Source: Octopus sinensis
Lineage: Eukaryota
DNA length: 64,000 bases
Direction: 5' to 3'
Assembly: GCF_006345805.1 (NCBI RefSeq)
Contig: NC_043016.1
Span: 19,034,001-19,098,000, forward strand
The notes under the pieces are model-generated. The model ran no database searches. It was not told the DNA's origin and was given only the letters and a program-made list of their open reading frames with translations. Positions 25,330 through 38,339 of the stretch are shown piece by piece. The translations under genes and the position numbers were made by a program. The number at the start of each line of letters is the position of its first letter. The first letter of the stretch is position 1.

Positions 25330-25530
25330 GGTAGTGAGTTAACAGAATCGCCAGCACGCCGAACAACATGCTTAGCGGCATTTCACCCGTCTTCACGTTC
25401 TGAGTTCAAATCCTTCCGAGGTCGACTTAGCCTTTCATCCTTTGCGGTTGATAAAATAACTACCAGTTGAAAACTGGGGTCGATGTATTGACTTATCTCT
25501 TCCTTCGAAACGTCTGTTCTTGTATTAAAA
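25330..25530 (+). mobile_element. SINE family B (tRNA-type)
   Basis: cagaatcg..atgcttagcgg..gttctgagttcaaat..gaggtcgact..cctttcatcc. Confidence 0.85.
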
Positions 25531-26164
25531 TTTAAAATCAATGTAAATATCTATTTACATAATATATATATGTGTGTGTACCTATATATTTATAAGCATA
25601 TGTATAGTTATGTACATATATATTTGTGAGTGCGTATATGTATGTATACATATTTGTAGACACCTACAGAGATACACTCTGGTTTTTAAAACCTTTAAAA
25701 CTTTGTAATAGAGAGATATCTATGTAAAACGCGAGTATTATAAGTTTGGAACTTGGTGACTACAAAATAAAAGTTAATCAAGCAGAATAGTCGAATGGTA
25801 ACGTAACTAAAAGTTTTTAAAAAATAACTATGAATCATGCCAAGTACATTCGGACCCTGATCATTCAAATATTGTGACAGGGACCATAACTTTAAAACCT
25901 TAATGCCATCATCATTAAATACGAAACAAATCGCAAAACTGACAGATACTCAATCAAGTGCGTAGACACATCTGATATTATGCCAGTTATCTGCAGGGAA
26001 TGATCAAAATATTCGAGTGAAATATTTCGAAACTAATTCTAGACTTTTGCATACTAAAGACGTCAAGTTCTCATGATTTTGTATCACACACACACACACA
26101 CACACACGCACGCACAAACACACGCACACACGAACGCACACGCTCGCACACGCACACACACACA

Positions 26165-26206
<42 letters not shown>

Positions 26207-26209
26207 ACA

Positions 26210-26411
26210 CATAAAACCATCGATTTATTTTGCAATTTGTTAACAGTGACTTCACTTGATTCAGAAGGAAAGTCAGATTAGAGGGGTAGAATATCTTCGG
26301 TCGTTTGACATCAATCGAATTGACTGTGCTTATCACACAAAGCAATATCAATATATTGATAAATGCTATCCGAGAACGAAAAGAATATCGAAAATGTCTA
26401 TTTTGCTGCAT
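26210..26411 (-). CDS. Possible first coding exon with a signal-peptide-like N terminus (unverified)
   Basis: [43 protein letters not shown]...; non-repetitive; upstream in-frame stop; splice donor weak. Confidence 0.2.
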
Positions 26412-26582
26412 CACTAGCAACAGTCATTGCACACGTTCTACCGTATTAAAGTCTTCTTTCTGTTGTTTTTTTTCTCTAAATCAATAGTTGGATGTTTTCA
26501 ATGTGCAATTATGTTTGGAGAAAGAATACATGTATATGCAAATATATATTCTTTCCAGAGCGAATATATGTACATAAGTGCT

Positions 26583-26584
26583 TT

Positions 26585-26625
<41 letters not shown>

Positions 26626-26890
26626 ATGGTGGTGGTGGTGGTGGTGGTGGTGGTGGTGGTGGTGGTGGTGGTGGTGGTGGTGAAGGTGGTGGCGGCGATG
26701 GTGGTGTTGGTGATGGTAAAACCATTAACATCATCCCTAACACCATCACCATCACCAAAAGCAGCAGCAGCAGCAGCCAGAGCAGCAGCAGTAGCCAGAA
26801 CAACAGCAGTAGCCAGAACAGCAGCAGTAGCCAGAACAGCAGCAGTAGCCAGAACAGCAGCAGTAGCCAGAACAGCAGCAGCAGTCGATT

Positions 26891-26946
<56 letters not shown>

Positions 26947-26950
26947 ATTT
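26583..26950. repeat. (AGT)n, (GGT)n and an 18-bp minisatellite
   Basis: cagcagtagccagaacag repeated about 5-6 times at ~26775-26880. Confidence 0.9.
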
Positions 26951-27099
26951 TCAATTGCATTCGATCTAGTATATGTAATGTATTGCAAATGTACTTACTG
27001 ACTGACCATCGGCCACCATGTATGAATAAACAAAACGCAATTTATATCAACACGAGACCAATTCGGTTCTTCCATATAAAATCAGATAAAAGTATTATC

Positions 27100-28320
27100 A
27101 TTCATTAAAAGCAGAATTAAAACAAACTTTAAATAGCATATATAAAAGCTGAACCTGCAAAATCTCACATTGAAAAAAAAAATAAACCAATAGCCTACAG
27201 AAACGGTGGATATGCAAATAAGAAGACGAAGCTTACTTCCAGTTCTCAAAGATGAAGCAGAAAAGAATAAATGGACTCGAGTGGAATAGGTTTCTTTAAT
27301 ACAACGCATACATGTTTTATAGAACTCCCAACTGAAAATATGAAACCAAGATATTTCATGCAAAAATTTGAGTACGAGAGTAACAGTTTTCTATATTGCA
27401 TAAATATTTTACTCTGTAATCAAATATCGAACTTCGGTATTTTTATACAAATAACTTTTAATCTTCACAGATCAGCTAATTTAAGATAGTAAAAAGAGAA
27501 TATATAATGAAAATGTAAATAGCAAATAAAAATGTAATGAACGAAAATAAACATTCACAAAGTAAATCACGAAGACAGACCTAGTGTCCACAAAAATAAA
27601 TACTGGAATACTTACAGAATACCAACCAATAAAACCTCAGCAATTAAGACTAAAGGAACAAAAATATAAGCAGATGAAGAGTTCAAAATATGCAAATAAA
27701 CAGCACATTCAAATAATACAAATATTAAAACGATAATCATTTAAAGCTGGATATAATTAAATAATGAAAAGCAGTCACAAACATCAATATCAATTGGCCA
27801 AATGAAGTTATCATTGTAGTAGTTTTTGAAGGAAAGTGATCACCACCCCTCCTGCTCAAATAAAAATATCAAAACCCAAGCAATGACATGGAAACAATCA
27901 TAGAGTAAAAATAGAGAATTGAATGCCTCTATACTTCTAATAGCATTAGATATGTAAGGAAATGACATAGCTAAGGAATAAAGAAAGCTGTTTTTTAAAG
28001 AAATATATAACAATAAAAACAAGGAGTATCCGAAATCAAAGAAGGTATGAAATATGAGACAGATCCTCATATAAACTGCTGAGATTCCGTTGTAATGGAG
28101 TGAGGCAGCATATTTGTGAAAAATAAAAAAGAAGTTCGATTCCACCCAAAATGATTTTTATCAATGAACTCTTTATTAAGAATACAGAAATTAACGCAGA
28201 TTCAAAGGCAAGTAAAATAAAAGAACTCAAGAACCATCGAAAACGACGGAAAAATCGCAAGATTGTTCAAATCACAAAAGCAGTACCTGCACACTGGAAG
28301 GATGCCATATCAAATTAAAT
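27100..28320 (+). mobile_element. Possible very decayed L1-like LINE
   Basis: Weak remnants QIRRRSLLPVLKDE and QITKAVPAHWK; A-rich sense strand. Confidence 0.25.
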
Positions 28321-28339
28321 TTAGTTTAGGCGCTACATT

Positions 28340-28373
28340 ATTATATTATTATTATTATTATTATAATTATCAT

Positions 28374-28405
<32 letters not shown>

Positions 28406-28453
28406 TATTATATCATTATTATTATTATTATCATTATTATTATTATTATTATT

Positions 28454-28505
<52 letters not shown>

Positions 28506-28664
28506 CATCACAAACATTATTATTATTATTATTATTATTATTTATATTATTATATCATTATTATTATTATTATTTATATTATTATTATTATCATTATCAT
28601 TATTATTATTATTGTTATTTATATTATTATTATCATTATTATTATTATTATTTATATTATTATT

Positions 28665-28726
<62 letters not shown>

Positions 28727-28728
28727 CA

Positions 28729-28779
<51 letters not shown>

Positions 28780-28841
28780 CATTATTATTATTATTATTAT
28801 TATTTATTTTATTATTATTATTATCATTATTATTATTATTG
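28340..28841. repeat. (TTA/TCA)n microsatellite
   Basis: Direct inspection. Confidence 0.95.
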
Positions 28842-29150
28842 TGGAGGTGCAATGGCCTAGTGGTTAGGGCAGCGGACTCGCGGTCGTAGGATCGCGGTTT
28901 CGATTCCCAGACCGAGCGTTGTGAGTGTTTATTGAGCGAAAACACCTAAAGCTCCACGAGGCTCCGGCAGGGGGTGGTGGCGACCCCTGCTGTACTCTTT
29001 CGCCACAACTTTCTCTCACTCTTTCTTCTGTTGGCCTGCTTGCTTAGCCAGCGGGGTGGCGTCATTTGAAGGCTAAAACAATGCGAAGTGCATTGTGACC
29101 AGCGATGTGTAACAACATCTGATAGCCTGGTCGGTCACGGTGATCACGGT
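28842..29150 (+). mobile_element. SINE family C, alternative 3' tail
   Basis: First ~180 bp nearly identical to the 15989 copy (A box, B box ggtttcgattcc); 3' part differs; flanked by (TTA)n. Confidence 0.9.
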
Positions 29151-29151
29151 G

Positions 29152-29225
<74 letters not shown>

Positions 29226-29228
29226 CAA

Positions 29229-29440
29229 GTAGGCGAGCTGGCAGAATTGTCAGAACACCGGGAAAAATGCTTAATTCAGCTTTCGTCCGTCCTTACGTTC
29301 TAAGTTCAAATTCTGCCGCGGTTGACTTTGCCTTTCATCATTTTGGGGTCAATGAAATAAGTACCAGTTATGCACTGGTATCGATGTAATCGACTATCGC
29401 TCTCCTCAAGTTTCAGGCCTTGTACCTTTAGTAAAAAGGG
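29229..29440 (+). mobile_element. SINE family B
   Basis: ggcgagctggcagaa..ttctaagttcaaat..ttcaggccttgt. Confidence 0.85.
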
Positions 29441-30150
29441 TTATTTTATTGACCGACTTCACGCAAGGAACGTATATATTTTCCCTGCGAGAGTACCTGT
29501 TATTACTTTCTATAGGAGGTAAGACAAACAAATGGTCAGTAATTGCAAAACTCACTGCTCTTTGACCGATCTTTCGTTAACAATGTTGTTCTTCCCTCTA
29601 CCATCCACTCTGGAACTGTACCGCTCTCTGGGCAATTGTCTAATTGCAACGCAATTCTCTTGTGTGTTGACCTAAACCACTTCAGCTAGTAGCCTTGAAT
29701 TGAGTTTGGTCCTGTCCCTTTCCAGTTTGGCAGTTTTGATATCTGTGCAATAACATCTTCCGTTGTTATGCGCATATGGTCCTGTCGTGGAACCTCCGGG
29801 TGATGGAGTTCGGATCTCACGGAATGAATCCACTCAGCACCATGGTTGTGGGAAACCCCTTGCTTCCAGATGTTATTCCAAGACTGGCAGGTTTCTTCTT
29901 CTTCGGGAGGTGTATTATCTTCTGTATTTCCACCTAAACCCTCAGGTTTTTTAAGAATAACCGATTTTGCTGGAACTGCGGCATGCGTTACACCTCTAAT
30001 GTTTTTGCCTGCACTCGTTTTTTTTTTTTTTAGGTTTTCGATGACAGTTTTGAACCCTTTTTTTTTAATTTGAGGCTTCGATTCAAGATATGCCTTTGCA
30101 CTTTCTTTTCCATTTTTCCGTTTCTATGCGAATTATCATTATTATTATTA

Positions 30151-30822
30151 AAGCGGCAAACTAACAGAATCGTTAAAACGCCGGACAAAATGCTTAGCGG
30201 TGATTTACTCGTCGCTACGTTCTGAGTTCTAATTTCGCCGAGGTCGACTTTGCTTTTCATCCGTTCGGGTTAGTTAAATTAAGTACCATTGAATCACTGG
30301 GGTCGATGTAGTCGACTAATTCCCTCCCCACCCCCAAATTTCAGGCCTTGTGTTTATAATAATAATAATCGTTATTGTTGTGGGTGTTATTGTTGTTGTT
30401 GTTGTTGTTGTTGCTGCTGTTGTTGTTAAAGCGACGAGCTGACAGAATCGTTAGAACGCTGTACAAAATACTAAGCGGTATTTCGTCTGTCGCTACGTTC
30501 TGAGTTCAAATTGCGCCGAGGTCGACTTTGCCTTTCATCCTTTCGGGGTCGATTAAATAAGTACCAGTTACGCACTAGGGGTCAATATACTCGACTTAAT
30601 CCGTTTGTCCCTGTTTGTCCTATCTGTGTTTAGCCCCTTGTGGGTAGTAAAGAAATAGAAATAGGTATTTCGTCAGCCGCTACGTTCTTAGTCTAAATTC
30701 CGCCGAGGTCGACTTTGCCTTTCATCCCTTTCGGGGTCGAATAAATATGTACCAGTTACGCACTGGGGTCGAAGTAATCAACTTAATTCCTTCTCCCAAA
30801 TTCGAGGCCTTGTGTTTCTAGT
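30151..30822 (+). mobile_element. Three head-to-tail SINE family B copies
   Basis: Copies at 30151-30356, 30428-30668 and 30664-30822. Confidence 0.9.
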
Positions 30823-30859
30823 AGTTAGAATTATTATCATTATTATTAGAATGTCGTCA

Positions 30860-31400
30860 GACGCTCACAACCCTTCACTAGTCGAGCAATCGGATCGATG
30901 GATGTTCCACTTTAGAAATTTATAGAGGATTAGTGGCGGGAAAGTGTGACGACGTTCTCGAGGAGGACTTTCCGATTGGGAACTATCATGGATAATTTCC
31001 AGATGTTCTTGGCTCTCAGACGGACTTTCCCGAGGTGCGCACAGAGTGACAAAAGCGCTCTGCACGCCCTCGTTCAGTGCCTGGTCATTGCTGACTTGTG
31101 GGGTTATGTTGAACTGCTAGTGTCACGCGTGGGATGGATATGTCTGTCGGCCGAGTCTGTAGCGATGATCGTACCGCCCAGGCAAGGGCAATTTTCTTTT
31201 GCCTGGTGGCTGTGGCGAAAGTAGTTGTCTGTTGGACACGACTGAAAGGGCAGATACATTACCTTCATTGACTTCTTTTACCGCATTGACTTCTTCAAGG
31301 AAGAAAAGGAAATTGGGAGTGGAGAGGGACGTACTGTTGAGAGGGAGGTGTGTAATGTTGAGGATCCAGGTATAGCTTCTACGTTATTGAATAAATTTTT
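30860..31400 (+). mobile_element. L1/Tx1-type ORF2 C-terminal fragment
   Basis: FPRCAQSDKSALHALVQC (decayed CxxC..H..C) followed by ADLWGYVE in ORF 30946-31224. Confidence 0.6.
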
Positions 31401-31464
31401 TATACCATGCCCAATGTTCCATTATTATTGGTGCTGTTTTTACCTTCAAGACTCACATTTTGAG

Positions 31465-31474
31465 TACTTATTGT

Positions 31475-31529
<55 letters not shown>

Positions 31530-31596
31530 TATAATAATAATAATAATAATAATAGTAATAATAATATTAATGATAATGATAATAATAATAATAATA

Positions 31597-31644
<48 letters not shown>

Positions 31645-31714
31645 GTTATTATTATTATCCTCATCATCATCATCATCGTTATTAATATTATCATCATCAT
31701 CATCATCATCATCA

Positions 31715-31748
<34 letters not shown>

Positions 31749-31775
31749 CATCATCATCATCATCATCATCATCTT
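31465..31775. repeat. (TAA)n/(TTA)n/(TCA)n tail tract
   Basis: Direct inspection; abuts the 3' end of the minus-strand R4/Dong copy. Confidence 0.9.
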
Positions 31776-32700
31776 TTTCTTTCAATTTTGTTTCCATTTC
31801 TTGCCAAGTCTTCTGAAGACATAGAGCAAAGAAACTCACAGTATACATTGGTAGGCCATTAAAATAAACACAGCAGATTGTTTATTTACAAAGTCATGTG
31901 ATAGAAAAAAGGGGAGACAAAGTAAAGAAGGAAAAAAGAGAAAAAGGAAACAAAGAAAATAAGGGGGAAAGGAAGGAAAATTCACATCGACAATGCCCTT
32001 CTCAGTATGTGAGATATACCCGTTAAGGCAATTTTTTTACACTCCCTGCTTGGATGGCAAGCCAGGGATCATCAAATAATTTTCAGTTCCCTTTTTGACC
32101 ATTCCAAGTGCTCCTTCAATCACTGGTATTGTAACCGTCTTCAGATCCCACATTTTTTTCGATTTCGATCATCAAATTTTTATATTTTCTGAGCTTATCA
32201 AATTCTTTTGCCGAGGTTTTATGGTCAGAGGGTATGCTCAAGTCAATCAATAAACAGATTTTATTGTTTTGGTCTTTTACAACAATATCTGGTTTATATG
32301 CTTTGATCGTGCGGTCTGTACATACTGGGAAGTCCCAAAAAATAGTTACATTTTCTCCCTCAGTTACAGCCTCAGGGTGGTGCTTGTACCATTCGTCAGC
32401 AGTTTTAACTTCCTAATGCCAACATATTATGCAATGTAGATATTGGCCAACTCTGTCATGTCTAGATTTATTTTCTACTGGTGCTAAAACCTTACACCCA
32501 GAGATTAGGCGGTTCACTGTTTCGATTTCTTTTCTTCTTTCTTTATTATTGCCCAGGAATGCGAAGTCCCATTTTTGATCTCTTTGTCACCATCTGCTGA
32601 ACCTATTTACAGACTGGTAGTATTTGGCTGTGTCCACCAAGCTGCTTTTCTTCTTCCTACCACCCACCCCCAGCCTTCACGTATTTATTATTATCTCAAG
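31776..32700 (-). mobile_element. R4/Dong-type LINE 3' portion (RLE endonuclease + 3' UTR)
   Basis: Minus strand reads RHDRVGQYLH, IFWDFPVCTDRTIKAYKPDIVVKD and KMWDLKTVTIPVIEGALG; 3' UTR homologous to 55430-55520. Confidence 0.85.
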
Positions 32701-32989
32701 GCAACAGTCGAATCCAAACAATATTTAACAATACTACACAGTAGTATGAACAGCTCATAACGACGATGAAAACGGCTACACTATAGTCATGGCTACAAAG
32801 GTTGGTTACAATGATGCAAACTACGACTGCAGTAATGGTAACGTTGAAGTAATTGTAACGGTAATAATGGAGAGTTGATAGTAGTAGCATAGGTAATAAC
32901 CGTCTCTACATCTGACACACAGGGCTCAATACTAATAGTTTTAATGTAGCACAGAAATGTCTTACGAAAGAAAAAGGTAAACTACAACA

Positions 32990-33230
32990 GTATACCAAAT
33001 CGCTTGTCCTATGGTTAATCTAGAAGTGCATCCTCCAGGAGAGAACCAATCGGAGGCCGAAAAGTCATCCACTGGTACAAACTCTTCTATGAATACGAAC
33101 CAAGAGGCTCACCTAAACAGAAAGTACCCCAGCTCGAGCCCTCTAAGTTCAACACCACAGACACTGCAGAAAGAAATATGTAAGACGATCAAATGGACCC
33201 GAGAAGTATATGTAGAAGTTACATACGCTT
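32990..33230 (+). mobile_element. Probable R4/Dong ORF N-terminal fragment
   Basis: ...KTIKWTREVYVEVTYAYY resembles the N-terminal KWT.EE motif of this family. Confidence 0.4.
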
Positions 33231-33303
33231 ATTATTATTATCATTATTATTATTATCATTATTATTATTATCATTATTATTATTATTATCATCATCATCA
33301 TCA

Positions 33304-33335
<32 letters not shown>

Positions 33336-33504
33336 TTGGTTTCGCTCAGGTTCGGAATTATGTGGATAGCGGATTACTAGATGTAATACTGGGCATCCAC
33401 AAGTTTTCAGCTACTACTACCATAACTACCACCACCTCCACCACAATCACCACTACCACCGCTACCATCACTATCATCATCATCATCATCATCATCATTT
33501 ACAT

Positions 33505-33630
33505 CAACCTCAGTGCTCAACTGGTAATTATTTTATCGGTCCCAAAAGGATGAAAGGCGAAATCGACCTTCAGAACTTAAAGCCACTAAGCATTTTGCCC
33601 GGTGTGCTAACGATTCTGCCATCTCGCCAC
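33505..33630 (-). mobile_element. SINE family B, partial
   Basis: ggatgaaaggc..tcgacct..ctaagcattt..ctaacgattctgcca. Confidence 0.75.
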
Positions 33631-33849
33631 CTTGACTTTTGTAGATGTTAATCTCATATCATCAATTGCGGCCGATGCAATTTTACACATTCTATCAGAG
33701 GGGTGGTAGAAATACGGATATAATTTGCCGGGATTTATGAAGTTCGGAAGGTGCAAAATAACGACTGAAATACGGCTTTTACAATGCAGCCTAAGTTCCT
33801 TACTCTCGTATGACGGAAATGGTGGTGGAGGGTGTGGGGTGAGTGCTGG

Positions 33850-36800
33850 CATATTCCGGTAGTTATCCTGCAACTGTGAGTAAATTTGGATTAAGATACA
33901 AGCCTATGAATATAGGATGTTGGAACGTTCGAACTTTAATAGACAATGATCGTCTGAAATCTTGTCCGGCGAGAATATCCGCGCTTGTTGCAAAAGAGTT
34001 AGAGCGATATGATATGGATGTTGTAGCATTAACCAAGACAAGAATTCATGGAAAGATGAATTTCGTAGAGATATCTGCTGGGTATCATTTATTTTGGAGC
34101 GGTAGAGATGAGACCTATAAGAGAGAATCAGGACTGGGATTTTCAATCAAAACTACTTTAGTTTCAAAACTTGAGGAACTACCGCGTCGTCATTCCGATC
34201 GTTTGATGTCTTTAAGACTTCTGTTAAGAAAAGTTCGCTTTGCAACACACATAAGTAAATACTAGACTACCCGTAACCCGTTGGGTCACCGGGAAAGTCT
34301 GAGTTTTCCAGTAACAGAGTTTTGTTTAGTGAGTTTTTTTTTTCTTTTCCAGGTTATTTCGCATGCTTTCAACGAATGTGACATCAAAATCACGGCTAAA
34401 CAGCTCCCTCCCCCAGAAAAGGACAGACCTGGCTGTTATTTCTTGCACGTAACAGATATTTCGGGTCCTTTATCGCAAATAGATGTTATATAGTAGCAGG
34501 ACATGCTAAAAGTAGCAGCCAAATCTGCTAAAAGTAGCAGCCAAATCGTTGAATGCACTAAAAAAAAAAGAAACTATGAAAAAAAAAATATTTTACACTG
34601 CGGTTACGAACGGGTCTTTTACGAAATTTTTTACCGTAATTTTAAAGTCATTTCACTTTAAAATATTTTTTATATATGCCAAAAAATGTTTTTGTCACTT
34701 GAAAATAGTTTTAAAAAACATTAAAATATTGTCTTTAAAGAAAGCTAAAGTATAAATACTTACTGTACAAACAACTTACATTTTTGAGATCACATTCACT
34801 TAGAAATATTTCTAAATGATTAAAATATAGTTTAACAGAAGCGAAAATAGAAACATTTACTATAAAAAAACAAATCGTATTTTTTCGTTCTCAAATCACA
34901 TTCTATTCGAAAGGTTAGAGTTTCTTCCCTTCAAGATGATGTTATATTCGGAACATTTTCCCATTATACACCGTTTTAGGTATTTATACCCCCCCCCAAT
35001 CCTGAATATCTCAATAACTACTACTCCGATTCACGCGAAACGTTTTTATAACGTTCGTATTAACATTTCTGGGTAAACTTAATTCATAGCATTTTCCCAT
35101 TCTGCGCCAGTTTGGCTGGGTAACGTTGCAAGCAAGCAAGATTTAAACAGACTTTTAATATATTGTAGATGCTCCAACAATGAATTCATCTGAGGATGAT
35201 AAACTTGCCTTCTATCTATCACTTACAGAGATTATACGCAGCATCCCACCTGATGACAAAGTTGTCATTTTAGGTGATTTTAATGCTCACGTTGGTGCAG
35301 ATTGGAAGACCTGCGGTGTCTTAGGTAGGCATGGGGTTGGGAATTTCAACAGTAACGGTTTACTACTATTACGTAGTGCATAGAGATGGATTTGTGTGTC
35401 ATGAACACGATGTTTCAACTAAAAAATAGGTATAAGACTACATGGATGCACCCTGGTTCTAAGAAATGGCATCTTATAGATTACATCCTCACTAGGAAAC
35501 GAGATACTAGGGATTTTGCTATTGTACGAGTCATGTGTGGTGCAGAGTGCTGGACCGACCATAGGCTTTTGCGTGCCAAGGTGAATTTTGTTGTCAAGCC
35601 TAAGGTTAGAGCAAATAATGACAAGTTACCTAAACCGATTAATGTCAATAAGCTTAAGATACCGTCAATACACAATGACTTTGTGAGTGACATAAATAAT
35701 TTGTCCTATGATGGAAGTTGAAAGTCATTCAATGAAAGAGCATATGAGGTTTGTAGTAACATTCTTGGCTTTGCTGTAAAAAAGCACGAAGATTGGTTTG
35801 ATGATAATGATAAATAAATTAGTCTTACTTTAGAGGAGAAGCGAAAGGCATTTAACATGTTGCAAAATGTTGTCATGTCAGCTACACAGTAGCTACACAT
35901 TTTAAGGCAGTAAAAGCACAAGGTTAAATTGGTGGAGTGATAGATGCGATGAAATTCAAGAAGCTTCAAAACATTGTTTTATTCTCTCTTGAAAAAGGTT
36001 TATGGACCGTCACTTCGGAGCGAGGATGGCACCGAATTATTAACAAATCCTAAAGTTATTGTTGGTAGAAGGAAAGAACATGAGCTGTTCAATAGACTCA
36101 TTGAAGTTGACCTCTCTTTTCTTGATAATATACCCGAGAGACCAACAAAACATCTTTCAGCAGAGGTTCCAAACCTGGCTGAAATAAAAGCGGCAATCAG
36201 GAAATTGAACAATGGAAGGTCCCTGGTATGGATGGATTAGGTGCAGAGATACATAAATATAGTGGTGATCATCTCTGTACAATGTTGACAGATGTGATTC
36301 AGAGGGTTTGGCAAAGTGAAGAGGTTCCTCCGGATTGGCGTGATGCGACTATGGAGATATATAAATCGATATTATATAAATCTGTGATAATTATTGCGGC
36401 ATCTGTCTGTTAGTTGTTGCTGGAAAGGGCTTTTGTGGGACAATGCTGGACAGATTGCTTCTGTACATTGCTGATGAGGTTCTATAAGAACCGCAATGTG
36501 GGTTTAAGGATAGTAGGAGTATTATGGCTATATTTTCAGCTAGACAATTTCAAGAGAAGGGCATCGAACAAGAGTTGGATCTAACGAAAGCGTTTGATTC
36601 TGTCAATAGAATTGCACTTTTGGAAATCCTGAAAAAACAACGATGGCCTGAAAATTTTTTTGAGAATGCTTAGACAGTTTCATGACAAAATGGAAGTGAG
36701 TGTTAATGTTGGAGGTACCTTATCAGATCTAATTTCTGTAGAAAGTGGTGTAACACAAAGTGTTATTTCTATTCCTACATTGTTTGCTATGTATTTTGCA

Positions 36801-37990
36801 ATATTTCAAATAGCCTTTAATGATTGCACGGAAGATATAGGACAATGGGAAACTGTTCAATCTCAAAATACTCTATGTAAAAACGTAATTTCTGCATTCT
36901 CACCTCATTGATTTCCTGTATGCATATGATTGTAACCTGTTGGCTCATTTCCAGAAAGATATGCAGTACATGCTGAATGTGATTTCTACAGCATGTGCAG
37001 CATTGGGTCAAACGATCAATCTGGAAAAAAACTGTTATAATGTACCAGCCCACTCCCTCCAAGATGTATGTGGAACCTTTTATAACTGGTTGGAAACTGT
37101 CTAGATTTATTTGTTTAGGAAGTACCTTGAGCACTGGTGGTCTTGATGATGAAATTTCATATGGATCAGCAGGGCTATTAGTGTTTTCGGTACGCTTGAT
37201 AGGCGTCTGTGGACATGACGTAATATATTTACAAAAATTAGAATTAAGGTATATAACACATGCGTCCTGCCATCTTTGCTATATAAAAGCGAGAAATGGG
37301 TTATAAACCGTAGGCATGTAGGCAACTGGATCAATACCATCAATACTGTCTGAGAAGAATTTGGGAAATAAACTGGAAAATGGCCATTAATAATGTGGAG
37401 ATACTTGAGAGGAGTGGCAGTAGAAGTATAGAGGAGTCAATGTTTCTGCAAAGACGTTTGAAGTGGGAGGGGACATTTGGTAAGGATGAGTGATGAGAGA
37501 CTGCCCAAGCAGCTATAGTATGGTGAGCTGGAAGACGGCAAGAGACCAGCGCATAGGCCTAAATTAAGGTTTAATGCTTGCCTTAAAAATGCTCCAATAC
37601 AGACAGGAATTTCAGTTGATGATTGGAAGAGAGACGCATAGGATCGGGATGGATGGCGAAAGGCACTGCACAGTGGTTGTTTGGGGTTTGAGAGGGAGAG
37701 AGTGAAGTATGAGAAAATTAGGAGGGAGCTTAGAAGGAGGGAACCTGTGAAGAGTTTAGAGTGTTGCTTTTGGTGTATGTGGTTTGTGAGAGGGGGTGTT
37801 TGAATCGTGCAGGCCAGGTCAGCCGTCAAAAATCTCACAGGAATCGACCCATGATAAACAGTGATGTGACTATTAAAATTCACGACAGAATATGTGTAAA
37901 ATGTGGAAGAGTATACCTCTCTGTTGGAGGTCAGAAAAGACATGTTAAGAGAGTGCATACGGTGGCACATTTTTCTCCTGCCAGCCAGTA
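33850..37990 (+). mobile_element. RTE-clade LINE, near full-length ORF, decayed (APE + RT + C-terminal C2H2 fingers)
   Basis: IGCWNVRTL, LGDFNAHVG, TTWMHPGSKKWHLIDYI, CWTDHRLL, DLTKAFDSVNR, GHLVRMSDERLPKQ and CVKCGRVYLSVGGQKRHVKRVH. Confidence 0.95.
34262..35169 (-). mobile_element. Non-autonomous Helitron inserted into the RTE endonuclease
   Basis: Minus strand begins TCtacaatatattaaaag and ends with hairpin cccggtgaccc-aac-gggttacggg then tagtCTAG; A|T target, no TSD; removal restores S-K-Y-A-P-T. Confidence 0.9.
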
Positions 37991-38339
37991 TGTAAAACTT
38001 GACTGGGCTTAAACGTCATATAAAGGCATCACATGACATCAATAATGAATCATTTCAAATGGCTTTTCTCCTGCAGTGAGGGTGCAGCTTAGATATACGT
38101 ATGTATGTATGTATGTATGTCACTATTCCGTTTATTTCACGATTTTTTGCCAATAGAGAAAGAACCGTTTTCTAACCTAGATCTAAGGCTCCTTCATTGG
38201 AATTTCAAAATCAACAACAGAATATGCATGTATGTATGTATGTATGTATGTATGTATGTATGTATGTATGTATGTATGTATGTGCAGATTTTAAAGTTTT
38301 ATGCATGTATTCTCATGCATATAGTTGCATGCTCATATA

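Noticed and set aside
31813-31850. CTGAAGA...GAAActcacaGTA
   Set aside because: No stem I or II pairing, and not conserved in the homologous Dong UTR at ~55470.
36470-36500. CTGATGA-ggttc-tataa-gaacc-GCAA hammerhead look-alike
   Set aside because: GCAA instead of GAAA, no stem III, and it lies in RTE coding sequence (ADEVL.EPQCG).
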